In this document: one piece after another, positions 34,420 to 57,253 of the stretch
How positions within the stretch are numbered: the stretch's first letter is position 1
How the letters are laid out: each line of letters begins with the position of its first letter
DNA from: Hormiphora californensis
Lineage: Eukaryota > Animalia > Ctenophora
Length of the DNA stretch: 64,000 bases
Reading direction: 5' to 3'
Assembly (NCBI GenBank): GCA_020137815.1
Contig: CM035355.1
Coordinates: forward strand, 5,828,001 to 5,892,000
Translations under genes and position numbers: made by a program
The notes under the pieces: model-generated
What the model saw: the letters and a program-made list of their open reading frames with translations, nothing else
The model's database searches: none
Told to the model about the DNA's origin: nothing

Positions 34420-37400
34420 TCACTGAGAAGAAGTGGAGGAGTGTCCATTTTGTCTGTTTTCAAATGGGACATCTAGATCATAACGGCGAACTGTTGCGAA
34501 GTACTGGAGGGGCTGGGCCGCCATAAGAACAGATCCTGCCTCAAGTAGTGTGTCAGGAGATAATCTGTAGGGGAATGTGGTTAGTTGTTATGTTCTAACC
34601 CTCCCTTTACATTTGTACATTTCGGGTGCGGGGCGCCCGAAACACAGTCTAGCCAGGCAAGTGGTTAGGAAAGTGAGAAGAGGATGGTTAGGAAAGGGGA
34701 GTGTAAAATTAGTTTAAAACTCAAAATATAGCCATGATGAAATGATAGATGAGAAAGCAAATTCTATCTTCGAAATCAAATACAAACAAGACCAAAAATT
34801 GAGGTACTTACTCATCTTCGGGGGAAGGTGTGCTGTCCAGTTTACTGCTTCCCTACACCAGAGGAAGATAATGGGGTAGATCCACTCCCACTGCTCCCCA
34901 AACTGGTCACATTACTTCTCACCTCACCACCACTACCAAGGCTAGTCACATTACTTCTCACCTCACCACCACTACCAAGGCTAGTCACCGATTCAGGAGT
35001 CTCTCTTGCCTTTTCATCCCACAACTCACTTCCTCTAATGAAACTTTTAAAACTAGCTCTCTTTGTAGATCCACTGGCAGGCTTTTTAGAGAGAGTTCCC
35101 GTTCCAGGAGAAGTTTTGAGGGAGAGTGGCCGCTTCGGACGGTTTTCTGGGGAGAGCGGTGGTGTCGGTCGAGATTTGGATATCTGTAGGTGAGATGGGA
35201 CGATGCTCCATAGTCGGTCCGAGTGAGGTTGAGGAGAGGCCGTGGGAACTTTCCAGACTTCCTGGGAGAAAGAGTGGTTAGAATTTATTAGCTACCTTAA
35301 CATCACAATCTGATTAATATCAGATCCAAAAATTAGTTAGATTTTATCCATAATAGGGTCTAAAAAAGAAAGAAGTGATCCGATTTTATCGCTCTCCTAA
35401 TCTGACCAATATAAGAATACTTACCACCCATACTGCTAGTAGAAGGCTCAACACCGTTCTCTGTAGTAACAGAGCTGATAGATATCGACTCTCTGTTAAT
35501 CTTGAAACTGAGAAAAAGGGTTGTAAGAAACACGAGAATTAATGGTCTTTTTCCTAGCAAAACTACAAATGATCGGTCCAATATCCAGCCATTTCGTGAA
35601 GCAGTACACGTATTCGAAATTCTCTACCATTACCCTTGCTTACTTGACTGGAGCAGATCGGGCCCGTTTATGAGTTTTAGCAAAGTACCCCCCGAACTCC
35701 CTCAATATGGGATCATTGCCAATGGGCCTGATCGGAGGACCACAGCTCATAGTCATCTTTAACCTGGCCTCCATCATGGTCTTCAGGTTCAACAGAGGTT
35801 CCTTCATGTCTTCAGTTTTGAGGCCGCAGTGGTTGCGGAGTTGTACTATATTTCGGTAGAGAAGGAAGACCCCGTAACTGAAGTAGCTCCTGTCTTTGCC
35901 TCGCGTGTAGAGTGGTAAACTGTGGGGAGGGGAAGGGTTTAGTGATGTATTTTGTGTAGAATGGTAAACTGGGGGAGAAGGTGATGTATTTTGTGAAGAG
36001 TGGTAAACTGGGGGGAAGGGTTTATTTGAGCTGTCAGGAGTCCCTGCCACTTTCTGACGCATTCAGAAGAACGGTATCATGCAATAATTTCGCTAATTTT
36101 TTATTCAATTCTCACCTCCGTTTTTCATCCAGTTTTGCAGTTATATCATCCCTAATAGTGGACTGGGATAGGGCAGGGGTAACAGGAAATCCTAACAGGT
36201 AGATCTAGAATATAGGATGTTATCGCTACAAGGTGAGCCGTGTATCCCAGGGCAGCACACGTTTCTTCGTCTGATAGAACATTTGATCTGTCTCCTGAAA
36301 GGAGGGAGGGGTCAAGGGGGAAATAAAAAAGGAAGAAAACCTCCCAAGTCCAGTGTGCTAGGAGGAAAGAAAAATGATGTGGTCATCTCAGTTATATTAC
36401 TACTCTGGTCTCTCCAAACCTTGTGCCTCAGAGCTGAGAAGTTGACTCATGCCTAGTCCAAATATCCTCTGTGTTCGACTGTTCTTGTCCTCAGTTATCT
36501 CAAATATCCCTCCCAACTGGCCCAACAAGGATTGCCTCCGTTTCAGAAGTCTAACATTAACTTTTAACGAGTATTTTTGTTTCCATTCCACATTCTCAAT
36601 TTCCCCCCGAAGTTCATCTTTCAATTTCTCCAATTGTTCCCTCTGTTCTCCACACTTTTTCCGTTTTCCATCCACCCTCCGGTGAACTTGGGAGAGTTTG
36701 GCATTGTTAGCGGTCACCGCAGCGTTTAGTTTCGCTATCCTGTCCCTCAGTTCCCGGGCCCTTCCCTTTGATTCTGTTGTTGCACCCCTGTTACCACAGC
36801 GATCATTGACTAATGATCGGAGGGTGGAGAGTTGGGACTTAGCACCCTCAATACCTTTACACATATCATGTAACCTGAATGGAATGAAAGTTATAGAGCG
36901 TGTGAAATGGTAATTGCCCTACAAGAGAGAGGGTTGAATAGTGGCATTACCAATGAGGTCTGGGTTAAATAGTATCATTACTTACGTTGACACGGTTCGG
37001 GTATCGTAGGAGTGAATGGTGTCGCATTGTCTCACAACAGCGAACATTTTCTTACATTCCTCCCCCTCTAGACTGGGCCCAAAATCTGGGTACACTCCTG
37101 AAACAGTGACATTGGTAAACTCGCAAATTTTTCTTCAAAAACGAGAGATAAAGTTTCTTACCATGCTGTGAAAAGAAGAGACCATCACTAATCTGATATA
37201 TCACCGTGTTGTGATCGTAGGATTCGGGCTGAAAGAAACGTAATTGTCAGTAACCCGTGATTTTTTTTGGACGAGAGGGGGGTCAAGGAGAGGGACGCTC
37301 TCGTGATATTTCTCGTCCAAGGAAATAGAAAACCAAAGGCAAAAGTGCCAGTGTCGGGTTACTCCCTTGCGCGCGCGGTGTTATCTATGTCGGGCGCGCC

Positions 37401-40400
37401 AAAACGACGGTCCTTTCCATACAAGCAGAGCATAGCGCGTTACTGCAATATCTTTTACCGGGAGGCAATGCAAGAGGAATTTTTTAAATCACCATGTTTG
37501 GATCCGAGATTGGGTTTGGGCTTTGGAAGTACATTGGAACAATATGAGGTACCAAAGTTTTGGACGAACCTGTTGCGTGAGGTGGGTAAGGGCTGAAAGA
37601 GCCACATAATGTTCAATAAGAAGCTGTCGTTCATCCGCGTCCCAAATTTGTACTATCAACTCTGAGGAAATACATGAACTGTTGAAAAGAAAGGGAAATG
37701 TACTAATAATAGGCACCATGAATAAAGACTAAAGAGAGAGGTGTTCTAAATTGTGGCGTTTTTTTCTTTGTAAGATACGAGCCGTGTCCCATAGAATTCT
37801 AGCCATTACCTTGGCCGGTAATCCGAAACTGACAGTCATCTCGGTTTACTCGCCCACTGAGTGTGCGAATGTAGAAGAAGTTGAAAAATTTCACCACGAT
37901 CTCAGGGACTACATCAATACTGTTCCAGCTCATAACCTCCTTGTCGTTGCCGGAGATTTTAACGCCAGAATTGGCTGGGAGGACTCTGGCTTCGGGTGGT
38001 ATTTACATCAACATACCAGTAGAAATGGAGAGCTGCTCCAGGAGACAGCTGAGGAGACCAGATTGGAAATAGCCAACGTTAGGTTTCGGAAGAACAAGGG
38101 AAGACTCTGGACTTTTCTATCGGACGGTACTGGACGGAAGGCTACACTGGATTACATTCTCGTTCGTCGGAAATGGAGAAACAGTATTAAGGATGTGGAC
38201 ACGTCCGGGGCACTAAGCTCGATCGGGTCGGACCATCGACTTCTGGTGGCCAGGGTTAAGGTCACTCTCAGGAAGAGGAAACTAGCCCCGGGTCGCCCCA
38301 ATCTGGATTATAGTGCTCTGAAGAAGGACCCTGATCTACAGGAGAGATTCTCGGTGGAAGTGAGGAATCGATTTGCTGCCCTTTCTTCTGCTGACTGTGC
38401 AGATGCCTCTGAAAAGTATGGAGACCTGATACAGGCGGTTGAAGAAACTAGCAAGAAACTACTAGGAAAGAAGAGGAAAAGGCTTAAGGATATTGTGGCT
38501 GAGGACTTCCGGGTGAAGAGGGCAAGAGACGATCTTGAGTCTGCCACTGCTAGGTACCACACCTCACCTTCAGAAGAAACACGTTCCACTGTAAATGAAG
38601 GAAAAGAGGCACTCACGGAAGCGTACCTGGCCGTCGAGGAAGAGCATCTCGATAGGAAAATCAAGAGTGTAGAGAGAGCCACTCGGAACGCGAAGACGAA
38701 GGAATCATGGAGGCTAGTAAACGAAATCTCTGGGAGGAAGGACAAACACCCCATCCAAATTGAAGGAGCGTCCCCAGATGATCGGAAAGCCAAATGGTTC
38801 AGCCACTTCCAGTCGCTCCTCGGGACAGAACCACCGGATGAAGTAGATCAAGACATCCCGGAAGTGTTTCCCCGAGCAGATATCTACGACGGCCCCTTTA
38901 CTGAAGAGGAATTCAAGAAGGCGAAGGATCGGATAAAGGAGGATAAGGCCTACGGAAATGATGCCATCGCACCCGAGATCTTGAAGCGATGTGACATTGA
39001 TGACCTCGTGCTTACCTTTTGCAACGATGCCTTGAGCGGAAATGGAATTCCGGAACAGTGGACTCTGAGTAATATTGTCCCTGTCCCGAAAAAGGGCGAC
39101 CTCTCTCAACCCGGAAACTATAGGGGCATTTCACTTACTTCTATAGTTGCCAAAACCATGAACCGTATGCTTCTTCACCGGATACGGCCTTACATCGAGA
39201 CTGTTTTACTCGATTCCCAGAACGGTTTTAGGGAGGAGCGGTCCACAGGTGAGCCACATCCTCACCATTAGGAGACTCATCGAAGGAGCTACTGCCAAAC
39301 AACTACCACTGGCAGTAGCCTTCTTGGATTTTGTTAAAGCCTTCGACTCCATTAACCGGAAGCGCATGATCAAAGTACTCAGGGCTTATGGCATCCCAGG
39401 GAAGATCGTCGACCTCATCCAGTGGATGTACAGTAATACAAGAGCTCAGGTCCTCACTCCAGACGGCCTCACGGATATATTTGAAATAGTTGCCGGGGTG
39501 TTGCAAGGAGATACTCTAGCGCCCTACCTATTTATAATCGTGCTTGATTATTGTATGCGAACAGCACTGGAGAGGCACCCTGATATAGGATTCACACTGA
39601 AGCCAGCCCGGAGTAGAAGAGTACGAGCGGAGAGGGTTACTGACACAGACTTTGCTGATGATGTAGCTCTCCTAGCTGACTCAGTGGAAGATCTTGGCGT
39701 TATCATGCGGGAGGTAGAGAGTGTCTGTAAGGAGGTGGGTCTCGAGATAAACCGGGCGAAGACAGAGTTCATGGTTGAGGGTATACCAGACCCCGGTCCT
39801 CTCCACAGCATCGATGGCACTAGGATAAAGTTGAGCGAGGACTTTAAATATCTTGGATCATGGGTAAGGGACTCTAAAAGGGACATTAAGGTTAGGAAGG
39901 CTAAGGCATGGAATGCGTGTCACGGGCTTAGGACTGTTTGGAATTCAAAGCCGAGCGACAAGATCAAGGCCAGACTCTTTGTAGCAACGGTTGAAACAGT
40001 CCTTTTGTACGGGTGCGAAAGCTGGACGCTCACCAAAGACATGGAAAGGAGTCTTAACGGTACCTACACGAGGATGCTACGGATGGCACTAAATAAAAAC
40101 CAGTATCTCCTTCAAATGAGCAATGCCACGCTGTACGGTATCGGAAATCTACCTATCCTTAGCACCAAAATAGCGGAAAGGAGACTCCGACTAGCCGGTC
40201 ACGCTGTGCGTCATCCTGAACTTACGCTCAACAAGGTCATACTCTGGGAGCCTCTCCATGGAAATTCCAGGCGAGGGCGACCAAAACAGACCTTTGTGGA
40301 TGTACTCAGGCGGGACACGGGACTCAGGGAGACCTCCGAGATAGCTACTGTTATGTCTGATCGTGACGGGTGGAGAAGTGTTATTCATGGAGTTCGGAAA

Positions 40401-41749
40401 TACCACACGTGGAATCCGCCCTAAGTCAAGTAAGTCAAGTAAGTCAATATAAATGGTCATTTCTCAAAAACATATCCTCCTTTGTTTGTTTGTTTGTTTG
40501 TTTGTTTGTTTGTTTGTTTGTTTGTTTGTTTGTTTGTTTGTTTGTTTGTTTGTATCTCACCTTTATCACATTGTATATCCTGGGGTGTATTCTGGAACGT
40601 CCACCGTGGGTACGCTGATGGGCTGTGAACATGACTCAGATAGACAGGGGATCTCGTCTCAGCGCTGACAAGAGCTACCTGAGTCTGGCACACCTGTCGC
40701 AGATTTTTAACCTGTAACCCTTGCAGGTGCCTCACTCGAAACTGAAAGGAGGTTGGGAGGTTTTATAAAGTTTTCTGTTCAGTTTGGTGACTCAACCCCA
40801 CGAGAATTAATCACTGAGCGATAACGCTATTCCCAGTGCCCCGATATTGCAAACCCGTGTAATTTTTTGAGCAAATATTTGCAGCCTGACTGATTTTTTG
40901 CAGCCTAAATAAAATAACCTCGACTGATATTGCAGCCCGGGCTGCAGAAAATATAAGTATGAAATATAAGCTTCCCCAAATCACATGGGTTTAATATCCC
41001 GTATTGGCTAACAGTGCTAATAAGGCGTCCCAGAATGGTGTCACATATCCATCCCCCTCATTAGAGTATGAAATACATATGTATTTCGGTGTCGAGATTC
41101 TTGCAGCCCGGCTGCAGAAAATTTCGAGGAAATTTTCCCATTCTGGGCTGCACGATGATTTTGCTAATTAGGCGTCCCCTGTCAGACCAATGCTCTAACA
41201 GGGCGTCCCAGAATGGTGTCACATATCCATCCCCCTCATTAGAGTATGAAATACATATGTATTTCGGTGTCGAGATCCTTGCAGCCCGGCTGCAGAAAAT
41301 TTTGAGGAAATTTTCCCATTCTGGGCTGCACGATGATTTTGCCCCGAAAGTGGTACTTTTTTTCTCTATTAGCCCAACTTCTACGATGCTGACGTACGTC
41401 GCGAGGTCGAGGCTGCGTAGCAGCCGAGACCGAGCAAAAATTTGCAGCCTAGCGAATAGAATCTTGCAGCCTAGCTGAAGGCTTAGAAAAATATTTTTTT
41501 AGATTTCTGAAATTCGGGGCACTGGGACGCTATTATAGGGAAGGCAATGGCCATGACGGTGGGTTAAGTAGTGACAGGAACCGACCGAAACAAGTAAACA
41601 ACCAATCAGAAATCGTTATTTAGGTCACGTGACTGGTTATCAGCCAATCAGGGACCAGTATTTCCTGATTCGGTGAGTTAAGTAGTGAGTTAAGTAGTAG
41701 TAACCTGTTGTGTAGAAAGTGAGAAGGCATGGTTTTTGCTGTAGTTCAT
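34420..41749 (-). CDS. UVRAG: UVRAG/Vps38 (PI3K complex II subunit); C-terminal exons uncertain
   Basis: LSTQQ|FRVRHLQGLQVKNL (compare LPSQQRRLRHLRNIAARNI); ELIVQIWDADERQLLIEHYVALSALTHLTQQ; NTVIYQISDGLF; coiled coil ending RRQSLLGQLGGIFEI; PLYTRGKDRSYFSYGVFLLYRNIVQLRNHCGL. Confidence 0.88.
37771..40447 (+). mobile_element. RTE-clade LINE, 5'-truncated inside the APE domain, antisense in a UVRAG intron
   Basis: APE motifs VYSPT, AGDFNARIG, LDYIL, SDHRLL; RT motifs NYRGISL, FLDFVKAFDS, GVLQGDTLAPYLF, FADD, FKYLG; RGRP C-terminus; (TAAGTCAAG)n tail; one +1 frameshift near 39248. Confidence 0.95.
40481..40552. repeat. (TTTG)n microsatellite
   Basis: Direct observation. Confidence 0.95.
40832..41526. 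mobile_element. MITE with 8-bp TSD (hAT-like) and an internal duplication of about 140 bp
   Basis: TIR cccagtgccccga; TSD ACGCTATT on both sides. Confidence 0.85.
41575..41674 (+). mobile_element. 109-bp MITE, copy 6 (3' end truncated)
   Basis: Same sequence; flanked by gttaagtagtga repeats. Confidence 0.85.
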
Positions 41750-41934
41750 AGAAGCAGGGTCCAACTGCTCACCGCCCCCAACCTCTCACATGCTAAACTA
41801 TAATGATAGAAGGGAGTTGTTAATTGAATTGTTAATTGAATAACTAAACTGAATACATAGTGGGAAATGTTGATGTTGGTTCTCCGTCGAGAGCTGTACT
41901 GGAGAGCTAGACGGATCACGTCTTAAGAATTTAA

Positions 41935-43233
41935 GGGTACGCTAACCAAAAATTTTTTTCGAGTGCAGGGAAATCTCTCACCGCAGGGTTGTAGGCCATG
42001 CCAAGGAGACCTCAAATATGCAATTTTAGCCCTCAAGTCGAATTCATATTTTTGCTACAGCCGTTTTAAAATCGTCTTGAAAATTTCTGAAAAGACGTTT
42101 TTGACACCCTAAAAATACATTTTCAGGGCTAGAAGCTTAAAATTTTGGGGATTTCAAGGGGATAGGAAGCTTTATCGACACAAAAATTTTTATTAAAATC
42201 GGTGATGATTTTCGGTCGTGAGATTGATTTACTTTTTTCCCTCTTAAAGGCCCTATTTAGCAAAGTTCCGAAAGTTTGTGAAGGCTGTAAATTGGTGAAA
42301 AGTTGCGTCTAACGATTATCTAAGTGGCCACAAATTTTTGGCGTGTCCTTATTTGAGACAAGTTGTACAGAGCTTTTTTGTGAAAGCCGTTTTTTTAGAA
42401 ATAAAGAAATAGCCTGTATCTCAAAAACGACTGATTTTAGTGACCTGAGACCAAGCTTAAACGATTCAGAAGGTCCGATTTTGGGGGGGTCTTCTGAGAG
42501 ACATTTTTCTCCTACTTCAACGGTTTTCGCTGTAATTGCGAAAAACAAATCCTTTGAAGAGGGCAAAAGAGGAGTTCCGACAGCCTGCTTCGTGCTGCTT
42601 TTCCACCTTCTTGCTAAATCCTTTTTCGCAATTACAGCAAAAACCGTTGAAGTAGGAGAAAAATGTCTCTCAGAAGACCCCCCCAAAATCGGACCTTCTG
42701 AATCGTTTAAGCTTGGTCTCAGGTCACTAAAATCAGTCGTTTTTGAGATACAGGCTATTTCTTTATTTCTAAAAAAACGGCTTTCACAAAAAAAGCTCTG
42801 TACAACTTGTCTCAAATAAGGACACGCCAAAAATTTGTGGCCACTTAGATAATCGTTAGACGCAACTTTTCACCAATTTACAGCCTTCACAAACTTTCGG
42901 AACTTTGCTAAATAGGGCCTTTAAGAGGGAAAAAAGTAAATCAATCTCACGACCGAAAATCATCACCGATTTTAATAAAAATTTTTGTGTCGATAAAGCT
43001 TCCTATCCCCTTGAAATCCCCAAAATTTTAAGCTTCTAGCCCTGAAAATGTATTTTTAGGGTGTCAAAAACGTCTTTTCAGAAATATTCAAGACGATTTT
43101 AAAACGGCTGTAGCAAAAATATGAATTCGACTTGAGGGCTAAAATTGCATATTTGAGGTCTCCTTGGCATGGCCTACAACCCTGCGGTGAGAGATTTCCC
43201 TGCACTCGAAAAAATTTTTTGGTTAGCGTACCC
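41935..43233. mobile_element. 1.3-kb palindromic element with TTAA TSD (Kolobok- or Harbinger-like termini)
   Basis: TTAA|gggtacgctaacc ... ggttagcgtaccc|TTAA; nearly identical arms of about 615 bp. Confidence 0.9.
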
Positions 43234-43529
43234 TTAAAGCTGTGTGAGAACAAAGCAAGCAACAAATTGAAAAATTGTTAATAAATTAAACTATTTACAA
43301 AACCAAAGGCGCTCTCATCAAAAAACAATAGGATAATTTCCATGGGCGATGTTGTCGACGATTCTTTCTTTCTGTTACTCCCCCAACTTTCAATCCTTCG
43401 CTCACTCACCCACTCACTCTCTCTCCCTCAATTCTTCGACCTCCTCTATCTCGCAATCTCCCTCCTCACCCAAAGCTGTGGAATTCTCTATGATCAGCTG
43501 ACCTCACTTCTCTTGAGACGTGAGTTCCT

Positions 43530-44434
43530 TCACTGTTGAAACTGAGGTGCCAGTGATATCTTCAACCTTCTTCTCACCACATTCACTCCCTCCTCAAGAT
43601 GCCTCTCAAAATACACATTCATGAAGAACTGACTGGCTCGTCCACACGCTAAAGCCCACGGGACTTGTGAAGAGATGAGGAATCTTTGTTCTGCAAGGGG
43701 CAGTGGGAATTCCACCGACGAGAGCTGAGAGAGCACACATTGGTAGACCAGTTTGGATCATTTCATACCATTTCAGGGCTACCTCCTCACCCACAGTTAC
43801 ACCTAGACCTGGGGGAATAATTTGTACAGTAGCAGTATAACATATGGCATTTTAACTCAATTCCAAGATTTTAACTAAAATACTGTATGGATCCCAATTC
43901 CAAGTCCCAGCATCTAGATACCTGTCAGTGTGTGTAGGAAATCATGATTCTCCCTATAACGCGTCATCACATACGCTAAGCTCTTCATCCTCTAACAAAC
44001 TTCGTACTGGCCCTCTCCGCACTCAGTACCATTATCAGACATGAACCTGTAGTACGCATAGCCGAACGTGTCCTCATGGAAGTACCCCTAAGGTAACTCA
44101 AAGTCCATGGTTTCAGGCGTGTATGCGAGGTCGCTCCTTTAGAATCTCCAACCCAACTGTGCTCATACGCATCTTATCTCGCATCGCAGTTAGAGCCGCC
44201 GTTCCTAGAATGGTATGGCGGTAATTCGTGGAAAAGTGTTATAATTTGAATGAGCACACAATTTGAGGTTTCAACAATATACCACCTACTAGTACCTACC
44301 AGTACCTACCAGTACCTACCAGTAGTTTCCCCAAGTGTGGCTACCAGATCTCCCCTGTATGGGTTAACCAAGGCTCCAACTGCAGAACCCGCTGTTAGGA
44401 GAACCCTTTGAAAGGGCCTCAATGGTGGGGCCAT
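43530..44434 (-). CDS. COQ4: Ubiquinone biosynthesis protein COQ4, 3 exons, multiple apparent +1 frameshifts
   Basis: [31 protein letters not shown]; ILKERPRI; [18 protein letters not shown] (HDxxH); [17 protein letters not shown]; VPWAL..G...FFMNVYFE. Confidence 0.9.
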
Positions 44435-44454
44435 AATGCTAACAATAACATGGA

Positions 44455-44690
44455 GGGTAGTTATAGGGAGTTATTGGTTATAGGGTGGTTATAGGGTGGT
44501 TATAGGGATAAGGGTGTTATTCGTTATAGGGTGGTTACAGGGATAAGGGTGTTATTCGTTATAGGTTGGTTATAGGATGGTTTATGGTTATAAGGTGTTA
44601 TTAGGGTGTTATTAGGGTGGTTATATGGACCACCATATAATATGGTGGTTATAGGGTGCAATGCTATAGAGAGTAGTTACAGGGTGTTTT
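44455..44690. repeat. Degenerate (GGTTATAGGGT)-type minisatellite
   Basis: Direct observation. Confidence 0.8.
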
Positions 44691-45608
44691 TGGAAGATAT
44701 CAGTGGGATTTAATAAGCTGTGTTTATAACTGTTTTAATAGAATAGCAGAATAAATAAAAACTGTTTAAAATATATCGTAATAATTACACACAGTTCATA
44801 AAAAGTAGTTGGAGTGCGAGTGTGTGCGTCTAGACTTGTCCGTGTGTAATACACACTGTGTGCTTACACATCAACTTTTTGGTGCTTCGTCAGCTTGTTC
44901 ACCAAAACAGTGCACACACACTCACATGAAACATATTATATTGTCGTTATTCCTCTTGGTATATTTTCTACACCAATATATTATATCAAGTCTCGTCATT
45001 GTTCTCTCATATTGTTATTTGTCAACAAGAATTATTGCATTATGTATTCATAATGCTGTGTTTCCCAGCCCTACCGTTTCACATGTCAGTGACATTGTCA
45101 CTGCCAACAGGATCAAGGCTTGGTCAAAATGTAATGTGAGATGCATACGATCTAGCTGTCAGTATACTTCTCACATAGCTTAGAGTTAGCTAATTCCCAA
45201 TCACATGACACTTGCTAACAGCTAACCAGCTTTTGACATTCCAACTTAACTACTTATCTAACATCTCACACTCGACTCGCAAGATGAAAATGTGTATGTA
45301 ACACGCGAAACACGCGGCAGAGCATTTCATGTTTTGTTGAGTGGCGCACGCACACACGTCCATCAAACTGTGTCAATGAGGTGTTTGATGAAGGAGTAGC
45401 TCGTCACTGTGCGCGCGGCTCTAGTTGCTACACCGTTGCCCTCGCAACGAAAGTGTGACCAAAAATGTCCCTCTACCGATTAGTTAGTATACCAAAATGT
45501 CGTTTTCGAATTCTAACCCTGCTATGCCTTTTTACAAAGTAAAAAGGCATCCGGGTGAATGCCTCCGGCATTCACCCGGGCAGGGAAAAAATTCCATCTA
45601 CAAATTGT

Positions 45609-46963
45609 TTACAGGGTGTTTACGTCAAAGGACAGCTCCAAAAGTTCTGATAGCTCATGGTCTAGATCTGGGGTGGATGGCAGTTCTAGATCGTCAAGAG
45701 TATACTCCAATGACCTAATCGACTCATCGAATATACCTGCAAAATACACTATTTCAACGAGTGACAAATCTCAGATTCGCTATAAAACTGTCGTTCATTC
45801 GTTAATATAGGATTCGATATCAGATCTACACTATTTTGTGTGTTGTAAACATCAAGGAAATTACAGTCGGCCGTATCGCGTGTGACATTTAGTAGTGTGC
45901 CACTTACGCAGTGAATCAAGTTGTAACCGAGTTGTATCTAAATCACTCATTCTGGAAATATTGATATCAAGACTTGGCGGGAGCGAGGGAGATGATATGG
46001 TTTCATCGTGAAGATATCCAGTCTCCATCTCGTCCTCGTCAATTCCGTCAATGTCAGGAAGGGGGAGGAGGGTTTCGAGGGTAAATTCTAGGTCGCTGTC
46101 TTCCGGGAGATCTAGGTCACCTAGTGGGGAATGTTGAGGTAGAGAGAGATAGAGAGAGAGTGGAGAGAGAATAAAGAGAGAAGCGAGAGTGTGTGGTAGA
46201 GAAGCGAGGGTTGTGAGAGACTCTCACAACCCTCGCTACCAACTCTCACTGAGAGTTGGTAGAAGTGAAAGAATTCAGTCTGAAGGCAACACAAAGACAC
46301 ACGAAGTATCTTACTTTCTTCTCTTCTACAAAGTCGCTGTCGAGGCACATCATGGTGTACAAAGTCCTGAATAATTTCCATATCAGGGGGTGTTATTTCC
46401 ACCTCTTCCTTTTTCATGTTGCCCCACGGACAATTTTCAACGGGATCGTATTTCTCTGCCTGGTCCTCGAATATCGAGAAGGTCTTGTTGGGGGTGTGGC
46501 TGATGGGCCGTCCTGGCGTCCTGAGAAATACAACGTGTTACGTGATGAACCTTTATTTTAGGTATGGCTAGATTAACTTTCAGAGACTAGAAACTACATA
46601 GGCATTGGAGAAGTTCCACGCACTGGTACTTACTTAAAATGAAGTCCATTTAAAGCTGGTTTTTTAAATTTCACGGTGTTTGGTGTGTTGTACAGTAGGC
46701 CTTTATTTCCCAAAACTGACTTGGGTGTTGCAAGGACTGTTCTCTTGGTGGGTGTTGCAAGATTTTGTGCAAATTTAGTCGTCCTCTTTCCTTTCACATA
46801 TTAGACTGTGTTAGTATTTCATTAAATCTTTACGCCCAGCATAATAACTTAAGGGAGGGGGCTAGAACTTACCTGGAGCATTTGGAAAGTTTGAATTTTT
46901 CGATTTCAATGGTGTTCTGAGCAAATCAATGTTGTCAAATGTTTCTCCAAGGGTAGTTGCCAT
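45609..46963 (-). CDS. 5-exon, largely disordered protein, basic N-half and acidic C-half; securin-like candidate
   Basis: Phase-consistent GT-AG exons; RTPLKSKNSN (D-box-like), several TP sites, FSIFED, YDPVENCP, D/E/L-rich tail. Confidence 0.6.
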
Positions 46964-47802
46964 AGTCTAACAGGGAATTGACGCAGTTTTAGTACTTTAT
47001 CGATCATTTTAGGGTAGCTAGAGCTTTGGAAAAACTAAAAAGTAAAAATTGAAACGAAACTTTTAATTTTTTTTGCGGCCCAATTTTTTTAAATTTTGAA
47101 GATATCAGTTGCGCGGCGCGCAACAATGCGGTGCATTGTTACATAATCTGCGTGTTCCAGTACATTAGTTATTTTGAATTCTTGCCACTGTGCGGGTGCC
47201 TTTTTGAGTAAGGGGTGGTCAACAAACTGGCAGGTTACCTGCTGGAACCATAAAAAACACTCAAATTTCCGGATAATGGTCTAACATTCAAATTAAAATA
47301 ACAAACAAAACAGTAATTGCAATGGAAACAACACTCGACACAACTTGTCATGCTACGCAGTCTGTCCATTCGGCATTCGGCCCGGTATGAGAGCCGACAG
47401 ACTGGGAACATGTCAAGACTGAAGACGCAACACTCTATGCAGAACTAAAATAATTGGTCCATAACTGGAACAATCTCTGCAAGTGCATGACTTTAGCAAC
47501 AAAACCGTTTGACTCTAAATCACAATGTGAATGATTCAGATCGAACCTATATCTCACTCTCAAGATCTCATATAATCTCATATCAAATGTCCAAGTATAA
47601 TTTCACAGAACTCTATTTGTATCGTAATAGAAGTGATCCTCCTCCAGATACCGGAGGTAGTTACCAACGTGTACATGTTCAATACTGGGTCCAGGCACAG
47701 CAGCAGTCTGAAAACATGACTCGGTGTTAGAGGCACACAACTCGTGACAAATACATCGTAGCTCACACAAAATGTCAATAATTTTAGATCCTTATTCGAT
47801 CA

Positions 47803-57253
<9,451 letters not shown>

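Noticed and set aside
42309-42830. 173-aa and 158-aa ORFs in the palindrome
   Set aside because: Mirror-image ORFs generated by the inverted repeat; no transposase motifs.
45551-45579. 13-bp GC hairpin downstream of the securin-like stop
   Set aside because: No U-tract, CTRR end or histone stem-loop consensus; function cannot be supported.
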